Notes: generated by a model not told the origin, from the letters alone. A stretch of 64,000 nt of DNA from Promethearchaeota archaeon (GCA_048939015.1 JBHLPW010000015.1:18438-82437); one strand, 5' to 3'. Shown: positions 50,139 through 61,446, numbered from the stretch's first letter. Made by a program: numbers and translations.

Positions 50139-52886
50139 TTAGCGTAAAATATCAAGTTGTTCCTCGAGTATCTCCTTTTTTATTTTTAATTGTTCTAGGG
50201 TTTCTCGCTCTCTTTGAACTATCTCTGGATTTGCTTTTAGTGCAAAAGGTCCATTCAATTTTTTTTCACTCTGTTCTATTTGTTCATCAATTGAATCTAT
50301 TTGTTTTGAAATACGTACAATTTCCATTTTTATATCAATTATATCTTCTAATGGAAGATATATTACTATCCCTTGAAGTACAATTCGAGCAGAATGTTTT
50401 GGTACATTTATTTCATCAATTTTAAAATTATTTCTATCGATATGGGAAAGATTGATAATTTCTGATTTAGTACCTTCAATTAATTCCCTTTTATCTCCAG
50501 TTTGTATAATTAGTGGTATCTTCAAACCTGGTTTTACGTTAAATTCCTTTCTTGTACGTCGAATTTCACGAATTATTGTAGTTATTAAATCAAAATCCTT
50601 ATCGAGTATATTATTTATTAATGATTCATCAGGTTTAGGCCATTTTGCTACAATTAAAGCAGGACCATCTTTCACCTCATCTGGTAATGCTTGCCATAAA
50701 GTTTCAGTCAAAAATGGTATTATGGGATGGAGAAGGCGTAGTGAAGTTTCCAAAATATGCAATAAAATGTAAATTGGTATAATTTTGTCTTGCTCCTTTT
50801 CATCATAAATCCGGATTTTTGAAATTTCGATATACCAATCACAAAATTCATCCCAATAAAATGATCTTATTGATCGAGCAGCGTTTAAATAATCAAAAGC
50901 TTCATAATAATCATTTACTTGTTTTATCATTTTATTTAATCTGGAAACAATCCATTGGTCTCCAATATGAAGTTGATCCATTAGATATGAAGCTGTAAAC
51001 TTTTCAATCTTTTCTGTTTTATCTAAATTACTGAGAATATAATTAGCTGATTGCCAGATCTTATTACAAAAATTTTTTGAGGCTTTAAGAAGACCTTCTC
51101 CAAGATTTAAGTCTTTACCAGGCACTGTGTTCGCAATAAATGTAAATCGTAAAGAATCTGCCCCAAATTTTTCAATAATATGTAATGGATCGTATTGCTC
51201 AACGTTTTCCATAGATTTACTAATCTTTTTTCCCTTTTCATTGCGAATCATTCCATGAAAATAACACAATCGATAAGGTGATTGTTTAGTTAATTCTAAC
51301 CCTAACATCATTTCCCGAGCAACCCAGAAGAATAGGATATCGTATCCCGTTTCACGCATGTTATTGGGATAAAATCTTATGAAATCTTCACTTTCTAAAT
51401 TTGGCCAACCTAAGGTTGCGAAAGGCCATAATCCAGAAGAAAACCACGTATCTAGAACATCCTCATCTTGTTTTAGATTTGTATCATTACATGTTGGACA
51501 TTGAACAGGTTCTTCCATTTCACAGATTTCATGCCCATTTGAGCAATACCATACAGGAATTTGATGTCCCCACCATAGTTGACGACTAATACACCAATCT
51601 GTTATATTTTCCATCCATTGATAGAAGCGTGTTTCTTCTCTTTCAGGGATCATCATAGTTACTCCACTTTTTACAACATCTATTGCATCCCTTGCAAGTG
51701 TTTGGGTTCTAACAAACCATTGGGTTGAAATTCTTGGTTCAATTATACTATTACACCTTTGACAGTGAGCTATGGTATGAACATATGGTTCTATTCTTTC
51801 TAATAATCCTTCCTTTTCTAAATCCTTGACAATTTCTTTTCTGCATTCAAATCGATCCATATTTGCATATTTTCCTGAATATTCGGGGATCATTTTACCT
51901 GTTTCATCAATGACTGTTATTTGCTCTAAATTGTATTTAAAACCAATTTCATAATCGTTAGGATCATGAGCAGGAGTAATTTTTAAAGCACCTGTTCCAA
52001 ATTCAGGATCTACATACATATCCTCAAACACAGGGATTTCACGTCCAAGGACAGGTAACACGGCAATTTTTCCCTCATATTTAGAATAATCTGGATGATT
52101 AATTGCTATTGCCACTCCTGTGTCCCCTAATAATGTCTCAGGTCGAGTCGTTGCAACGATTATGAAATCTGTTGCACCCTCTGCCCATTTTCCAGATGCC
52201 CACTCTCTTTTAGGACTTTTCCAATTCTCTGTAATTATTGGATACTTTACGTACCATAAGTGGCTCTCATGTTCCTGTGGTAGTGCTTCTAGGTTAGATA
52301 TTGCAGATGTACATCTTCCAGGGCACCAATTCACCATGTACTTTCCTCTATAAATCAACCCTTTGTCATAAAGTGATTTAAATGCTGTTATCACAGCTTT
52401 ATGATATTTTCCATCCAATGTAAATCTATTACGACTCCAATCGCACGATGCTCCCATACTTCTTGATTGATCTAATATCGTATTTTGACGTTTATTAGTC
52501 CAAGCCCATACCTCTTCTAAAAATTTCTTACGCCCAATTTCCTTCCTGTAAATCCCTCTTTTTGCTAAGTCTCGTTCTACGACATTTTGAGTTGCTATAC
52601 CTGCATGATCGGTTCCTGGAAGAAATAATGTTTCTTTTTGTTTCATTCGCTCATAACGTGTCATGAGATCTTCAAGACTAATTACAATTGCATGTCCTAG
52701 ATGAAGAACACCAGTTACATTTGGAGGTGGAAGTGTGATACAAAAACGGGGTCCATCTTCTTCTACTAAACCCAATTCACGTTGCTTTTCAGGACGAAAA
52801 TATCCTTCTGATTCCCACCATTCATAGATTTCTTTTTCTATTTTCTGGGGTTCATGTACTTTTGATAAATTGTTAAAGTCTATCAT
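50139..52886 (-). CDS. valS: Valyl-tRNA synthetase, bacterial/eukaryotic type with C-terminal coiled-coil arm
   Basis: PPPNVTG.LHLGHA, DHAGIATQ, DWCISRQLWWGH, DVLDTWFSS, KISKS. Confidence 0.9.
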   Translation of the reverse strand: MIDFNNLSKVHEPQKIEKEIYEWWESEGYFRPEKQRELGLVEEDGPRFCITLPPPNVTGVLHLGHAIVISLEDLMTRYERMKQKETLFLPGTDHAGIATQNVVERDLAKRGIYRKEIGRKKFLEEVWAWTNKRQNTILDQSRSMGASCDWSRNRFTLDGKYHKAVITAFKSLYDKGLIYRGKYMVNWCPGRCTSAISNLEALPQEHESHLWYVKYPIITENWKSPKREWASGKWAEGATDFIIVATTRPETLLGDTGVAIAINHPDYSKYEGKIAVLPVLGREIPVFEDMYVDPEFGTGALKITPAHDPNDYEIGFKYNLEQITVIDETGKMIPEYSGKYANMDRFECRKEIVKDLEKEGLLERIEPYVHTIAHCQRCNSIIEPRISTQWFVRTQTLARDAIDVVKSGVTMMIPEREETRFYQWMENITDWCISRQLWWGHQIPVWYCSNGHEICEMEEPVQCPTCNDTNLKQDEDVLDTWFSSGLWPFATLGWPNLESEDFIRFYPNNMRETGYDILFFWVAREMMLGLELTKQSPYRLCYFHGMIRNEKGKKISKSMENVEQYDPLHIIEKFGADSLRFTFIANTVPGKDLNLGEGLLKASKNFCNKIWQSANYILSNLDKTEKIEKFTASYLMDQLHIGDQWIVSRLNKMIKQVNDYYEAFDYLNAARSIRSFYWDEFCDWYIEISKIRIYDEKEQDKIIPIYILLHILETSLRLLHPIIPFLTETLWQALPDEVKDGPALIVAKWPKPDESLINNILDKDFDLITTIIREIRRTRKEFNVKPGLKIPLIIQTGDKRELIEGTKSEIINLSHIDRNNFKIDEINVPKHSARIVLQGIVIYLPLEDIIDIKMEIVRISKQIDSIDEQIEQSEKKLNGPFALKANPEIVQRERETLEQLKIKKEILEEQLDILR

Positions 52887-52968
52887 AATAAATCAAATTT
52901 ATAAGAATCTTTAAGTAAAAATGCACTCTGTGAAATTGTGAGATTAAATATGTTTATGTTTTTTTAAG

Positions 52969-53040
52969 TGGACCTGACGGGAATTGAACCCGTGACCTCT
53001 TGAATGCGAATCAAGCGATCTTCCACTGATCTACAGGCCC
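52969..53040 (-). tRNA. tRNA-Ala(CGC)
   Basis: GGGCCTG...CAGGTCCA cloverleaf, G3:U70, anticodon loop TTCGCAT, GTTCAAT T-loop, no intron. Confidence 0.95.
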
Positions 53041-53129
53041 AACTATATTGATTATTATAATTATATTTTAAAAGTCAGAATTACTAAAATTTTTTATTGT
53101 TTTTCTTAGATTTTTTAAAAAAAACAAGA

Positions 53130-55508
53130 TTAATACTCAGTTCGGGCGATAATTTCATCTTGAGCATCTTTTGATAATTCCGTGAAATATACTGAATATC
53201 CTGCGACTCTTACAACTAAACCTCTATAATTGTCAGGGTTTAATTGAGCATCACATAGAGCTTCCTTTCCTACGACATTGAATTGTATTTGATAACCACC
53301 TTCGGGTACGAAAAATGTTCGGAGAAGTGGATTTAAGATTTCTATATTTAATGTATTTGGATGAAAAGCTAGAATCAATGAATTACCATTTGTCATTAAA
53401 CCATTATTGAGTTTTTTAATTGAATTAAGAATAGCCGTTGGACCCTTTTTATCCAAACTGCTTGTTGGACATAAACCATTTGAAAGAGGTTCTGTCTTTC
53501 TTCTTCCATCTGCCGATGCTCCTGTGAAAACACCAAATGCTAAATGGAAAGTTGTAGAATAGATTCCGGGATTAAATATTCCACCTCTGTAGTTAGAGTG
53601 CTTTGAAATTTCCTCACAGTAAAGTTTAGCTACTTGAACGGCAATATCGTCAACATAATCATCATCATTTCCAAATTTTGGGATTTTATTAATAAAATAT
53701 TCCCGCCATTCTGTTCCTTTTTTTCCTCGATATACACCTCTATAATTCTTTGCAAGCATTTGAGTTAATTCTTCAAATGAAAGGAGGTTATCTTCAAATA
53801 CAACCTTTTTAATTACGGCAAGACTGTCTGCAACTGTTGCTAAGCCAATAAGTTGTGGACCAGTAAAATTATAGATTGCACCACCATTAGTTATATCAAG
53901 TCCACGAGCAATACAATCTTCAATAGTAGCAGACAAAAATGGTTGTGGAGTAAGTTCTGCAATTGCTTTGTCAAGAAAAAACATTGTTTTTACCATATAA
54001 TCAATGAAATATTTAACTTGATTTTTAAAAACATTCCAAAGCTCTTCATAAGAATTAATTTCTTTATCATTTTTAAGTCCATAATCCTTCCTACTTATCA
54101 TATCGACTCCATTATTCAAAGTCAACTCTAAACATTTCACTATATTAAATTGGTTAGCATTCGTTGATCCAAATGATTTATAAGGATGTTGAGGTTCAAC
54201 ACACCCTATTGGTGCATATTCTCTAGCATCTTCTAGGGTAAAACCTCGATTAACAAGACCTGGTATCATTACTTGATCATTTAATAAAGCAATACTAGTA
54301 CCACTTTTTATAGCTTCTCCAACTCTTAATATAAAATCATCCGATGTCTTATTATGAATTCTAACACAAAATGTTGGCTGAACTGTTTTTATATGAGTGT
54401 ATGCATCCAAAATTATTAATGACAATTCATTTGAAGCATCTTTACCATCACGATCTAAACCCCCAATTACTAAATTTTCAGCAATGGGAGGACCTTCAAC
54501 AGCTATTACTCCTTTTGAAATAACATAATTCCATAAGGTAGAAATTTTAATAAAAAAGCATTCAATAAGAAATTGAACCTTTTCTTTATTAATCACTCCT
54601 TTTTCAATATCTTTTATATAAAAGGGATATAAATACTGATCTAATCGACCTATTGAAATAGCAAAACCGCCATCTTCTAAACCACATATTAAATGGGTAA
54701 AGTAAATTAGTTGCAGAGCTTCTTCAAAACTGTTTGGTCTATATTGAGAGACATTTTTACAGTTTTTAGATATTTTATATAATTCTTCTTGACGCTCAAG
54801 ATTTTGTTCATTATATGCCATTTCCTGAGCTAAAACTGAAAATCTATTTATAAATTTCTTTGCTGCTGTTAATAGGGTGATTATTGAATTATAAAAAGTC
54901 TCCTTATTAACATCATCAGTTGAATTTTTTAAATATTCTTTAGCTTTATGAATTAAACCACTAATTCCATTCTTTAAAACGATTTCATGACCTGGAAAAA
55001 AATGACCAATTCCACTGGAGAGTTCCACATCTACAGCAAAAACGAGTTTTTCCATGATATCTCTTAAATCTGAATCTAAATAGGATTGAAACTGTTCCTG
55101 AACTGTAATTTCTTCATCTTTCCAATATGGAATAATTTTTTCTTTTATAAGTTGTCTTTCGTCATTTGATAAATATAGTTTTTGAACAGGACGGGTATCA
55201 TAGTTATCAATATCCTGTTCTATTGTATCTATTCGAGCTTCAGGATATAAAGGAGTTCCCACAAATTTAATACATCTATTACCAACAATATATTCATCAT
55301 CCCATATTTTTATTGTCATATTCGTTAAATAATAATCCATAGCTTTTGCAAATCTAATAATCGGGTTTTCTCCTTTTGTATTTTTATATGATTCCGTAAA
55401 TAATTTAGCTCTTTCGATACAAATTTCATGTGGAGCTTTGACAAGATTATTTTTCATTCTCATTGCACGTTCTTTATAGTTTGAAAAGGAAATTTGTTCT
55501 AATTGCAT
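53130..55508 (-). CDS. Glycyl-radical enzyme (PFL2/dehydratase type)
   Basis: GRLDQYL, single-Cys GCVE, RVAGYS. Confidence 0.9.
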   Translation of the reverse strand: MQLEQISFSNYKERAMRMKNNLVKAPHEICIERAKLFTESYKNTKGENPIIRFAKAMDYYLTNMTIKIWDDEYIVGNRCIKFVGTPLYPEARIDTIEQDIDNYDTRPVQKLYLSNDERQLIKEKIIPYWKDEEITVQEQFQSYLDSDLRDIMEKLVFAVDVELSSGIGHFFPGHEIVLKNGISGLIHKAKEYLKNSTDDVNKETFYNSIITLLTAAKKFINRFSVLAQEMAYNEQNLERQEELYKISKNCKNVSQYRPNSFEEALQLIYFTHLICGLEDGGFAISIGRLDQYLYPFYIKDIEKGVINKEKVQFLIECFFIKISTLWNYVISKGVIAVEGPPIAENLVIGGLDRDGKDASNELSLIILDAYTHIKTVQPTFCVRIHNKTSDDFILRVGEAIKSGTSIALLNDQVMIPGLVNRGFTLEDAREYAPIGCVEPQHPYKSFGSTNANQFNIVKCLELTLNNGVDMISRKDYGLKNDKEINSYEELWNVFKNQVKYFIDYMVKTMFFLDKAIAELTPQPFLSATIEDCIARGLDITNGGAIYNFTGPQLIGLATVADSLAVIKKVVFEDNLLSFEELTQMLAKNYRGVYRGKKGTEWREYFINKIPKFGNDDDYVDDIAVQVAKLYCEEISKHSNYRGGIFNPGIYSTTFHLAFGVFTGASADGRRKTEPLSNGLCPTSSLDKKGPTAILNSIKKLNNGLMTNGNSLILAFHPNTLNIEILNPLLRTFFVPEGGYQIQFNVVGKEALCDAQLNPDNYRGLVVRVAGYSVYFTELSKDAQDEIIARTEY

Positions 55509-55602
55509 TTATATCCCTAAATGTTATCGATCATTTAATTAAAATTATAATCATGTTATCTAATAAAAATTTTGATTATAGATCTACCAAATTTTGTAGA
55601 GT

Positions 55603-56439
55603 TTAAATAAATTTCATTAGATGATTTTCAGTTTTAGGAGAAAAAAGTAGAGATCCCTTTCTTTTATCTTTAAATCTTTTAATTGCTATATCTAGATATC
55701 CTTTATTAGAATCAATTCCAACAAATTTACGATTTAGAATACTACTTACAATACCGGTAGTGCCAGATCCCATAAAGGGATCTAATACTAAATCACCCTC
55801 ATTTGAAGATGATGAAATTATTCGATTTAATAATTCCATCGGTTTTTGTGTAGGGTGTTTCCCATATTTTTTCTCAGCTTTTGGAATTAATGGGATGGAC
55901 CATACACTTCTCATCTGCTTATCTTTATTTTTTAACTTATCCTTTGGGTCATTCCATTTCTTCATCTTTTCATAATGGAATGTATGTTGAGAATTCTTTG
56001 ATTTGCGAGCCCACAATACGATTTCATGACTATGAGTAAAATATTTACAAGATAAGTTAGGTGGTGCGTTTGGTTTAAACATTATTATGTCATTTATTAT
56101 GTCATAATCATTTTTTTCTAATAAAAATCCAACTTTATATATGTTATGCAAAGTACCGGATACCCAAATACTCCCATCTTCCTTTAATACTCTTTTACAT
56201 GCTTCCAACCATGAATCTATAAAATTTACATCTGCTTCAAATCCCTTAGATTTATCCCACTCTCCTTTATTAACAGATACCATTCTTCCTGATGAACATG
56301 TAATACCATCATTCGATAAGAAATAGGGAGGATCAACGTAAATAAGGTCAAACTTATTGCTTTCGAACTGATTTAATAATTCAATGGTATCTGCATGATA
56401 AAGAGTAAATTCTGCTTCCTTATAATAAGGTTTAATCAT
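55603..56439 (-). CDS. Beta-class N6/N4 DNA methyltransferase (DpnA-like)
   Basis: DPPY, PNAPPNL, HPTQKP, DPFMGSGTT. Confidence 0.9.
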   Translation of the reverse strand: MIKPYYKEAEFTLYHADTIELLNQFESNKFDLIYVDPPYFLSNDGITCSSGRMVSVNKGEWDKSKGFEADVNFIDSWLEACKRVLKEDGSIWVSGTLHNIYKVGFLLEKNDYDIINDIIMFKPNAPPNLSCKYFTHSHEIVLWARKSKNSQHTFHYEKMKKWNDPKDKLKNKDKQMRSVWSIPLIPKAEKKYGKHPTQKPMELLNRIISSSSNEGDLVLDPFMGSGTTGIVSSILNRKFVGIDSNKGYLDIAIKRFKDKRKGSLLFSPKTENHLMKFI

Positions 56440-56599
56440 ATTAAATCAATTTTTCTAAGAAAATATTTAAGATTCAATCAAATGGGTTAAGAAATTATAA
56501 TATCTTTTAATTATTAACTTTAAAGTTTAATATTAACAAACACTTAATATTCATGTAAGAAAATCGTTAACTAATTCAAAATAAATTCAAGATTTAAAC

Positions 56600-57541
56600 A
56601 TGATAAATAAACAAAGATTTGAAGAGTTATTTAGCCAACATGTAATAAAAGACATTTCTGAAGAACAAATTGACATAGTTCTTTCGGGACAATATGGTAA
56701 AGCATTAGAATTATTAAGAGATGCAGAATCAACTGGATTATTTCCAGCTTTAGTTGGTCCCCCAGGAGTTGGTAAAACTATATTATGTCGTTATTTTGCT
56801 AGTTTAAGGGCAAAAGAAAAGAAAAATAAGAGTTTTTATTGGCTAACAATGGATGAAAGTATAAAACCGTCTCATTTTGTTGGTTCTTTTGATCCTGCAA
56901 TAACTTTAAAGAAAGGATTTGTATTGGAAGCTTTTAATCCGGGACCTTTATTAAATGCTATGTTAGAAGGAGGTACTTTTCTAGCTAATGAAATTAATAG
57001 AGCTACAGAATATTCTCAAAATACGTTATTAGAACCATTAGAGGAAGCATCTATCGGCATTCCCCATTTAGGAAGGATAAAAGCTGATAATAATTTCTTC
57101 TTTATATGTGCAATGAACCCTGAAGAATTATCAGGAACACATCGCTTATCTGAAGCTTTAAAGGATAGAATAAAAGTCTGGATTAAATTAACTTATCCAG
57201 ATAAATCGACTGAATTAGATATCATCAGAATTAATCTACCTGAACATTTTATTATTGAAGAATCTGAATTAGAATTAATTTATTCGATTATCAAAGAAAC
57301 TAGGCAAAATAAAGTTGATATTGAAATTCCTGCTTCTATAAGAGCTGGAATTGCTATTGCTAAATTGTTAGCAAGAAGGAGATTATTAGAGAAAGAAAAA
57401 AGTGTGAAAGAAAAAGAATCTGTTTATGTTTATCTCTCAGAAATTGCTCGCCATGTTCTATTGGGAAGTTTAAAGCCAAAACCTGGAGTAAAAGTCGAAA
57501 ATATTATAGAAAACATTATTCATAAGACGTTAGGAGGGTAA
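56600..57541 (+). CDS. MoxR-family AAA+ ATPase
   Basis: GPPGVGKT, PGPL, ANEINR, AMNP, LSEALKDR. Confidence 0.9.
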   Translation: MINKQRFEELFSQHVIKDISEEQIDIVLSGQYGKALELLRDAESTGLFPALVGPPGVGKTILCRYFASLRAKEKKNKSFYWLTMDESIKPSHFVGSFDPAITLKKGFVLEAFNPGPLLNAMLEGGTFLANEINRATEYSQNTLLEPLEEASIGIPHLGRIKADNNFFFICAMNPEELSGTHRLSEALKDRIKVWIKLTYPDKSTELDIIRINLPEHFIIEESELELIYSIIKETRQNKVDIEIPASIRAGIAIAKLLARRRLLEKEKSVKEKESVYVYLSEIARHVLLGSLKPKPGVKVENIIENIIHKTLGG

Positions 57542-57546
57542 TATTA

Positions 57547-60036
57547 TTGGGAGTTTTTCCTGAAAATCCATGTGAATTTGCTGTTGAATTTATTAGAAGA
57601 ATGAGAAATCATCCTGATATAATACAAATGCCATCTCCAAGGCAAGTTTTATCAATACCAAACTTGATCGTATCAAGATATTATCGAAAAGGAGGAATAA
57701 CTCCAAATGATTTTATAGAAATAAGCACAGTTACTTCATTTCCAGATAACCAAAATTTAGCGAAAGATATAGCTTTTGAAATACTTTTTCCAAATTATAA
57801 GAAGGATTTAATGAAATCTCTCTTTCAAGAGAATGAGATTGATGATTTTGAGGATGAATTGAAAAACTCCGGTATTAAATCCGAATTAGATCAATTACAA
57901 GATCTTATAGATGAGATCGAACTTTCAAAATCATTTGATACAAATATGATTCAGCAATTAGAAAAATTTATGGGACAACTAGAACAGAAAAGACATGAAG
58001 AGCCTTATAAGTCAGCACTTAATTTTTTTAATGATGATACTGAGTTATATAAAGAACAAATAAACTCATTCGAAAAATTGATTGAAGAAGCAAAGAATCG
58101 GATGCTTCAAAAAATCAATTCTTTAGATCCAAAGGATCTTAAAGCTGGGACTAAATTAGGATTAAATGAATTAGTCCAGCAACAATCCTTAAGAGAATGG
58201 GAAAAAATTACTAGTAAAGCTTTAAATAATCAAAATATTGAGAGTGATTTGAATGAACTGTTAAAATCAGGGAGTTTAGATGATTTACTTCAATCTATGA
58301 AATTTTTAAAAGATACAAATGCAATTTCTGAAGAAAAATTTGAGAATTTAAAAGATCAACTTCAAAACAAGATTGATAATTTGGATCAATTATTTCAGTC
58401 AGCGAAACACTTAGGAGAAACTCCTAATTATGATCTTAACAGAGTGTTAAAGAATAGTCTAAAAAAATCCTCATTTGAACATAATTTTAATTTAGCAAAT
58501 TCACTTGATCAATTTTTTGGCACTAATCTAAGAGACTCTTTATTAAATACTTTTGATCAGCAGAATAAAAATTCCCAAATGATCCTTTCACTTGAAACAT
58601 TAACAAAAACTGCATTTACAAATAAATCTTGGAATTCTCTATTTAATCAAGCACTAAAAAGTGCTATTAAAGAAGCAACATCTCAGAATAAAAAGTATGA
58701 AGCTTTTAAATCACTAACACATCAAATTCAACAACTTATGAACAGTTGTCAAAATATGCATTGTAGTCAAAAAATGGCTCAAAATATTCCAAGTCTCACT
58801 TCTTTAACTTTAGAATCATGTGAAACGCCAACCCAACTAAGAAATGCAACAGAGTTTTTAAGAAAAATTGGTTTAAATCCAAAATCAGGAGATATTGAAA
58901 AGATTGGTAAGCAGCTTCAAATGCCTGATGACGAAATCTTTGAATTAATTGAACCAACTTATCAATTATTAAAGAAATTAGTAGAAAATAAAAAAGCAGA
59001 TTTTCAAAGATTAAGTAATTTATTGAATCAAATTAAAGATCAACTAAATTATGAGAGGATTAAAGAATTAACTGCAAGCGCATTAGCTTCAAATAATAGA
59101 GATGCTCTAGGAGCACTTGGAAATTTCAATTTAAGCGATGCTTTAAAAAGTGCTCAACAAGTAGGAGGTCAAGAAGGTGAGAACCAGATGATTTCATGCC
59201 TTTCTGCTGGTAGTGGAGAAAATCTACTGAAACAGTGGTTTATTCATCGTACAAAATTACCAGAAACTACAAAACAGAAAGTTAAAGAATTAGCAAAAAA
59301 GATGTTGATTGAGTTAGGCATCTATTATTCACGTGCACGTTTAGGCAGCTCTACTACAGGACCAATTCCAATTAATATAGTAAGGCCTTTTTCAATAGGT
59401 GATGATTTTGAAAACATTGATCTTGAAGAAACCCTCAACAATATATTAGAAAAAGGTAAAAAATTAGATCATATAGAATATGATGATTTTTTCGTATATG
59501 AGACTGCTAAAGGACTTCGAACTGCGTGTTTTGAACTTGATATTTCAGGTAGTATGTCTGGGGAAAAACTTGCTTACATGAGTATCTCAGCTACTATGTT
59601 AATCTATGCATTAAGAAAAGATGAATTAGGAATCACTTTTTTTGAATCAAATACACATGTTTTAAAAAATGTAGATGAAGAAGTTGATTTAGAGACAATT
59701 GCAGATGAACTTCTTTCTATTGAAGCTCGAGGGGGGACAAGAATACAAAGTGCTGTTGAATGGGCAAATAAGCAATTCAAGGATCACACAAATTCACGCG
59801 AAAAATTAAATGTATTATTTACTGATGCTGAAATCTTCGATATCAAAGAAGCTATTGTAGAATTTAGGAAAATGCGTTCCTTAGGAGTTGATTTCATTTT
59901 AGTGTGTCCTGAAGCTTCATATAACTTAAAAGAAGCTAAAAAAATGGTAAAAGTTGCAGGAGGACAATTACTTTCGATTAAGAATTGGGAAGATTTTCCA
60001 AAAGTATTTTCTGATATAATTAATTCTAGATTTTAA
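57547..60036 (+). CDS. vWA-domain partner of MoxR
   Basis: C-terminal MIDAS DISGSM...GGT...TD. Confidence 0.85.
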   Translation: MGVFPENPCEFAVEFIRRMRNHPDIIQMPSPRQVLSIPNLIVSRYYRKGGITPNDFIEISTVTSFPDNQNLAKDIAFEILFPNYKKDLMKSLFQENEIDDFEDELKNSGIKSELDQLQDLIDEIELSKSFDTNMIQQLEKFMGQLEQKRHEEPYKSALNFFNDDTELYKEQINSFEKLIEEAKNRMLQKINSLDPKDLKAGTKLGLNELVQQQSLREWEKITSKALNNQNIESDLNELLKSGSLDDLLQSMKFLKDTNAISEEKFENLKDQLQNKIDNLDQLFQSAKHLGETPNYDLNRVLKNSLKKSSFEHNFNLANSLDQFFGTNLRDSLLNTFDQQNKNSQMILSLETLTKTAFTNKSWNSLFNQALKSAIKEATSQNKKYEAFKSLTHQIQQLMNSCQNMHCSQKMAQNIPSLTSLTLESCETPTQLRNATEFLRKIGLNPKSGDIEKIGKQLQMPDDEIFELIEPTYQLLKKLVENKKADFQRLSNLLNQIKDQLNYERIKELTASALASNNRDALGALGNFNLSDALKSAQQVGGQEGENQMISCLSAGSGENLLKQWFIHRTKLPETTKQKVKELAKKMLIELGIYYSRARLGSSTTGPIPINIVRPFSIGDDFENIDLEETLNNILEKGKKLDHIEYDDFFVYETAKGLRTACFELDISGSMSGEKLAYMSISATMLIYALRKDELGITFFESNTHVLKNVDEEVDLETIADELLSIEARGGTRIQSAVEWANKQFKDHTNSREKLNVLFTDAEIFDIKEAIVEFRKMRSLGVDFILVCPEASYNLKEAKKMVKVAGGQLLSIKNWEDFPKVFSDIINSRF

Positions 60037-61358
60037 AATATTAATTTTTTAATATAGGATCTAATCGTTGATGGATCTTTTCTTAGTTCTTTCGATATTT
60101 CATTTATATTTTTCTTTTCATTTAACCGCTGAGTTAGTAGTGGCTTGATATAAAGCTCGAATTTAACTTGTGAAAAAGTCATATTCCAAAACCTCTTACA
60201 GTAATCATTTATTGTATCAGGTATTACTATCAATTCTGTTGCTAGTTCATCTCTTTCATACCCACTTGTTATCAAAGATTTTAACAGAGGTTTTATAAAG
60301 AATTCTTGTCGTGCTTTTATGTAATTCATACCCCAATATTTCTTAATATATCTATGAACTGTTTCGTATCTTTTTATAAGTAATTTTTCAACAATTTCTT
60401 CTTCTTTATAACCTTTTTCAATAAATGATTTTAAATATAGTTTCATAAAATAGTGTTTAGCTTCAGTATATGTCTTATCCCAATATTCCTTAATATAATT
60501 TGAAATAGAATATCTACTGGATCCGATCTCATCAGCTATTTGTTCTAATAGAGCGCCCATTTGAAGTAACTTTTTGATAATTGATTTCCTAAATAGCAAT
60601 CTTGCATCATATATCGATGATACATTCCAATAATCTTCTAAACGAGCATAAATATAATTTCTACCCATATTTAGCTCACTAGCGATATCAATAAGATTGT
60701 AACCTTCCATAACCATATCTTTTATCTTTGTTTTCATAAGGTAGTTTCTTACTTTTCGCAATCCTCCCTGCCATAATTGATAGAGTCTTGTGTATAATGC
60801 TTGTTTACTAATTCTTAACTCTTCGCAAATTTGCTTTCTTGAATAACCTTGAATAATTAGATCTTCCAATATTGATTTATCAATTACTATTAAAGTCATT
60901 CCTGATCCTCCAGCAGTCAGGTTATATCCAAATTTATTCCCATATTCTCTAATATTTGATTTATATATCCTAATTAATTTGATTTCTTGTTGATCTAATA
61001 TTTCTACAGGGAATTTTTCAATAACAGCGAAATCAAACTTATTTATTCCATGATATCTCATTGCACTATATAGAGGGTGATCTTCACCAGTCTTGGCTGC
61101 TGATTTGTGTTGAGTCCATCTTTTCCTTGGATTTTGTCGTGTCTGACCTATATAAACCTTCTTATTTACTAAATTTGTAATTTTATAAATATAGCCATAG
61201 CTTAACTGAGATTTTTCAAACCTATCTATTGCTTTAATAGTCATTGAAATAGAAATTAATACAATAAAACCCCATAATGGATTCATAAAAATCTTCCACA
61301 TATTAAAAATCAAAATAAAATTTTTTGATGAAGATATATTTCTATATAGTGTTATCAA
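60033..61358 (-). CDS. GIY-YIG endonuclease with repeated HTH-like units (true start probably downstream of 61358)
   Basis: GYIYKITNLVNKKVYIGQT...R...H...E...GYNLTAGG; about seven Gy..eIa.eL...yW repeats. Confidence 0.85.
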   Translation of the reverse strand: MITLYRNISSSKNFILIFNMWKIFMNPLWGFIVLISISMTIKAIDRFEKSQLSYGYIYKITNLVNKKVYIGQTRQNPRKRWTQHKSAAKTGEDHPLYSAMRYHGINKFDFAVIEKFPVEILDQQEIKLIRIYKSNIREYGNKFGYNLTAGGSGMTLIVIDKSILEDLIIQGYSRKQICEELRISKQALYTRLYQLWQGGLRKVRNYLMKTKIKDMVMEGYNLIDIASELNMGRNYIYARLEDYWNVSSIYDARLLFRKSIIKKLLQMGALLEQIADEIGSSRYSISNYIKEYWDKTYTEAKHYFMKLYLKSFIEKGYKEEEIVEKLLIKRYETVHRYIKKYWGMNYIKARQEFFIKPLLKSLITSGYERDELATELIVIPDTINDYCKRFWNMTFSQVKFELYIKPLLTQRLNEKKNINEISKELRKDPSTIRSYIKKLIF

Positions 61359-61446
61359 CTAATATATAAAGAAAAACAGATATAAAGTAAAATAAAAAAA
61401 TACCCAAATTAATTTCAGAAATAATTAAGTCAAGATTTTAAATAAA

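Noticed and set aside
52969-53040. tRNA-Ala as an att site for an island
   Set aside because: No duplicated tRNA 3' fragment and no integrase seen in the window
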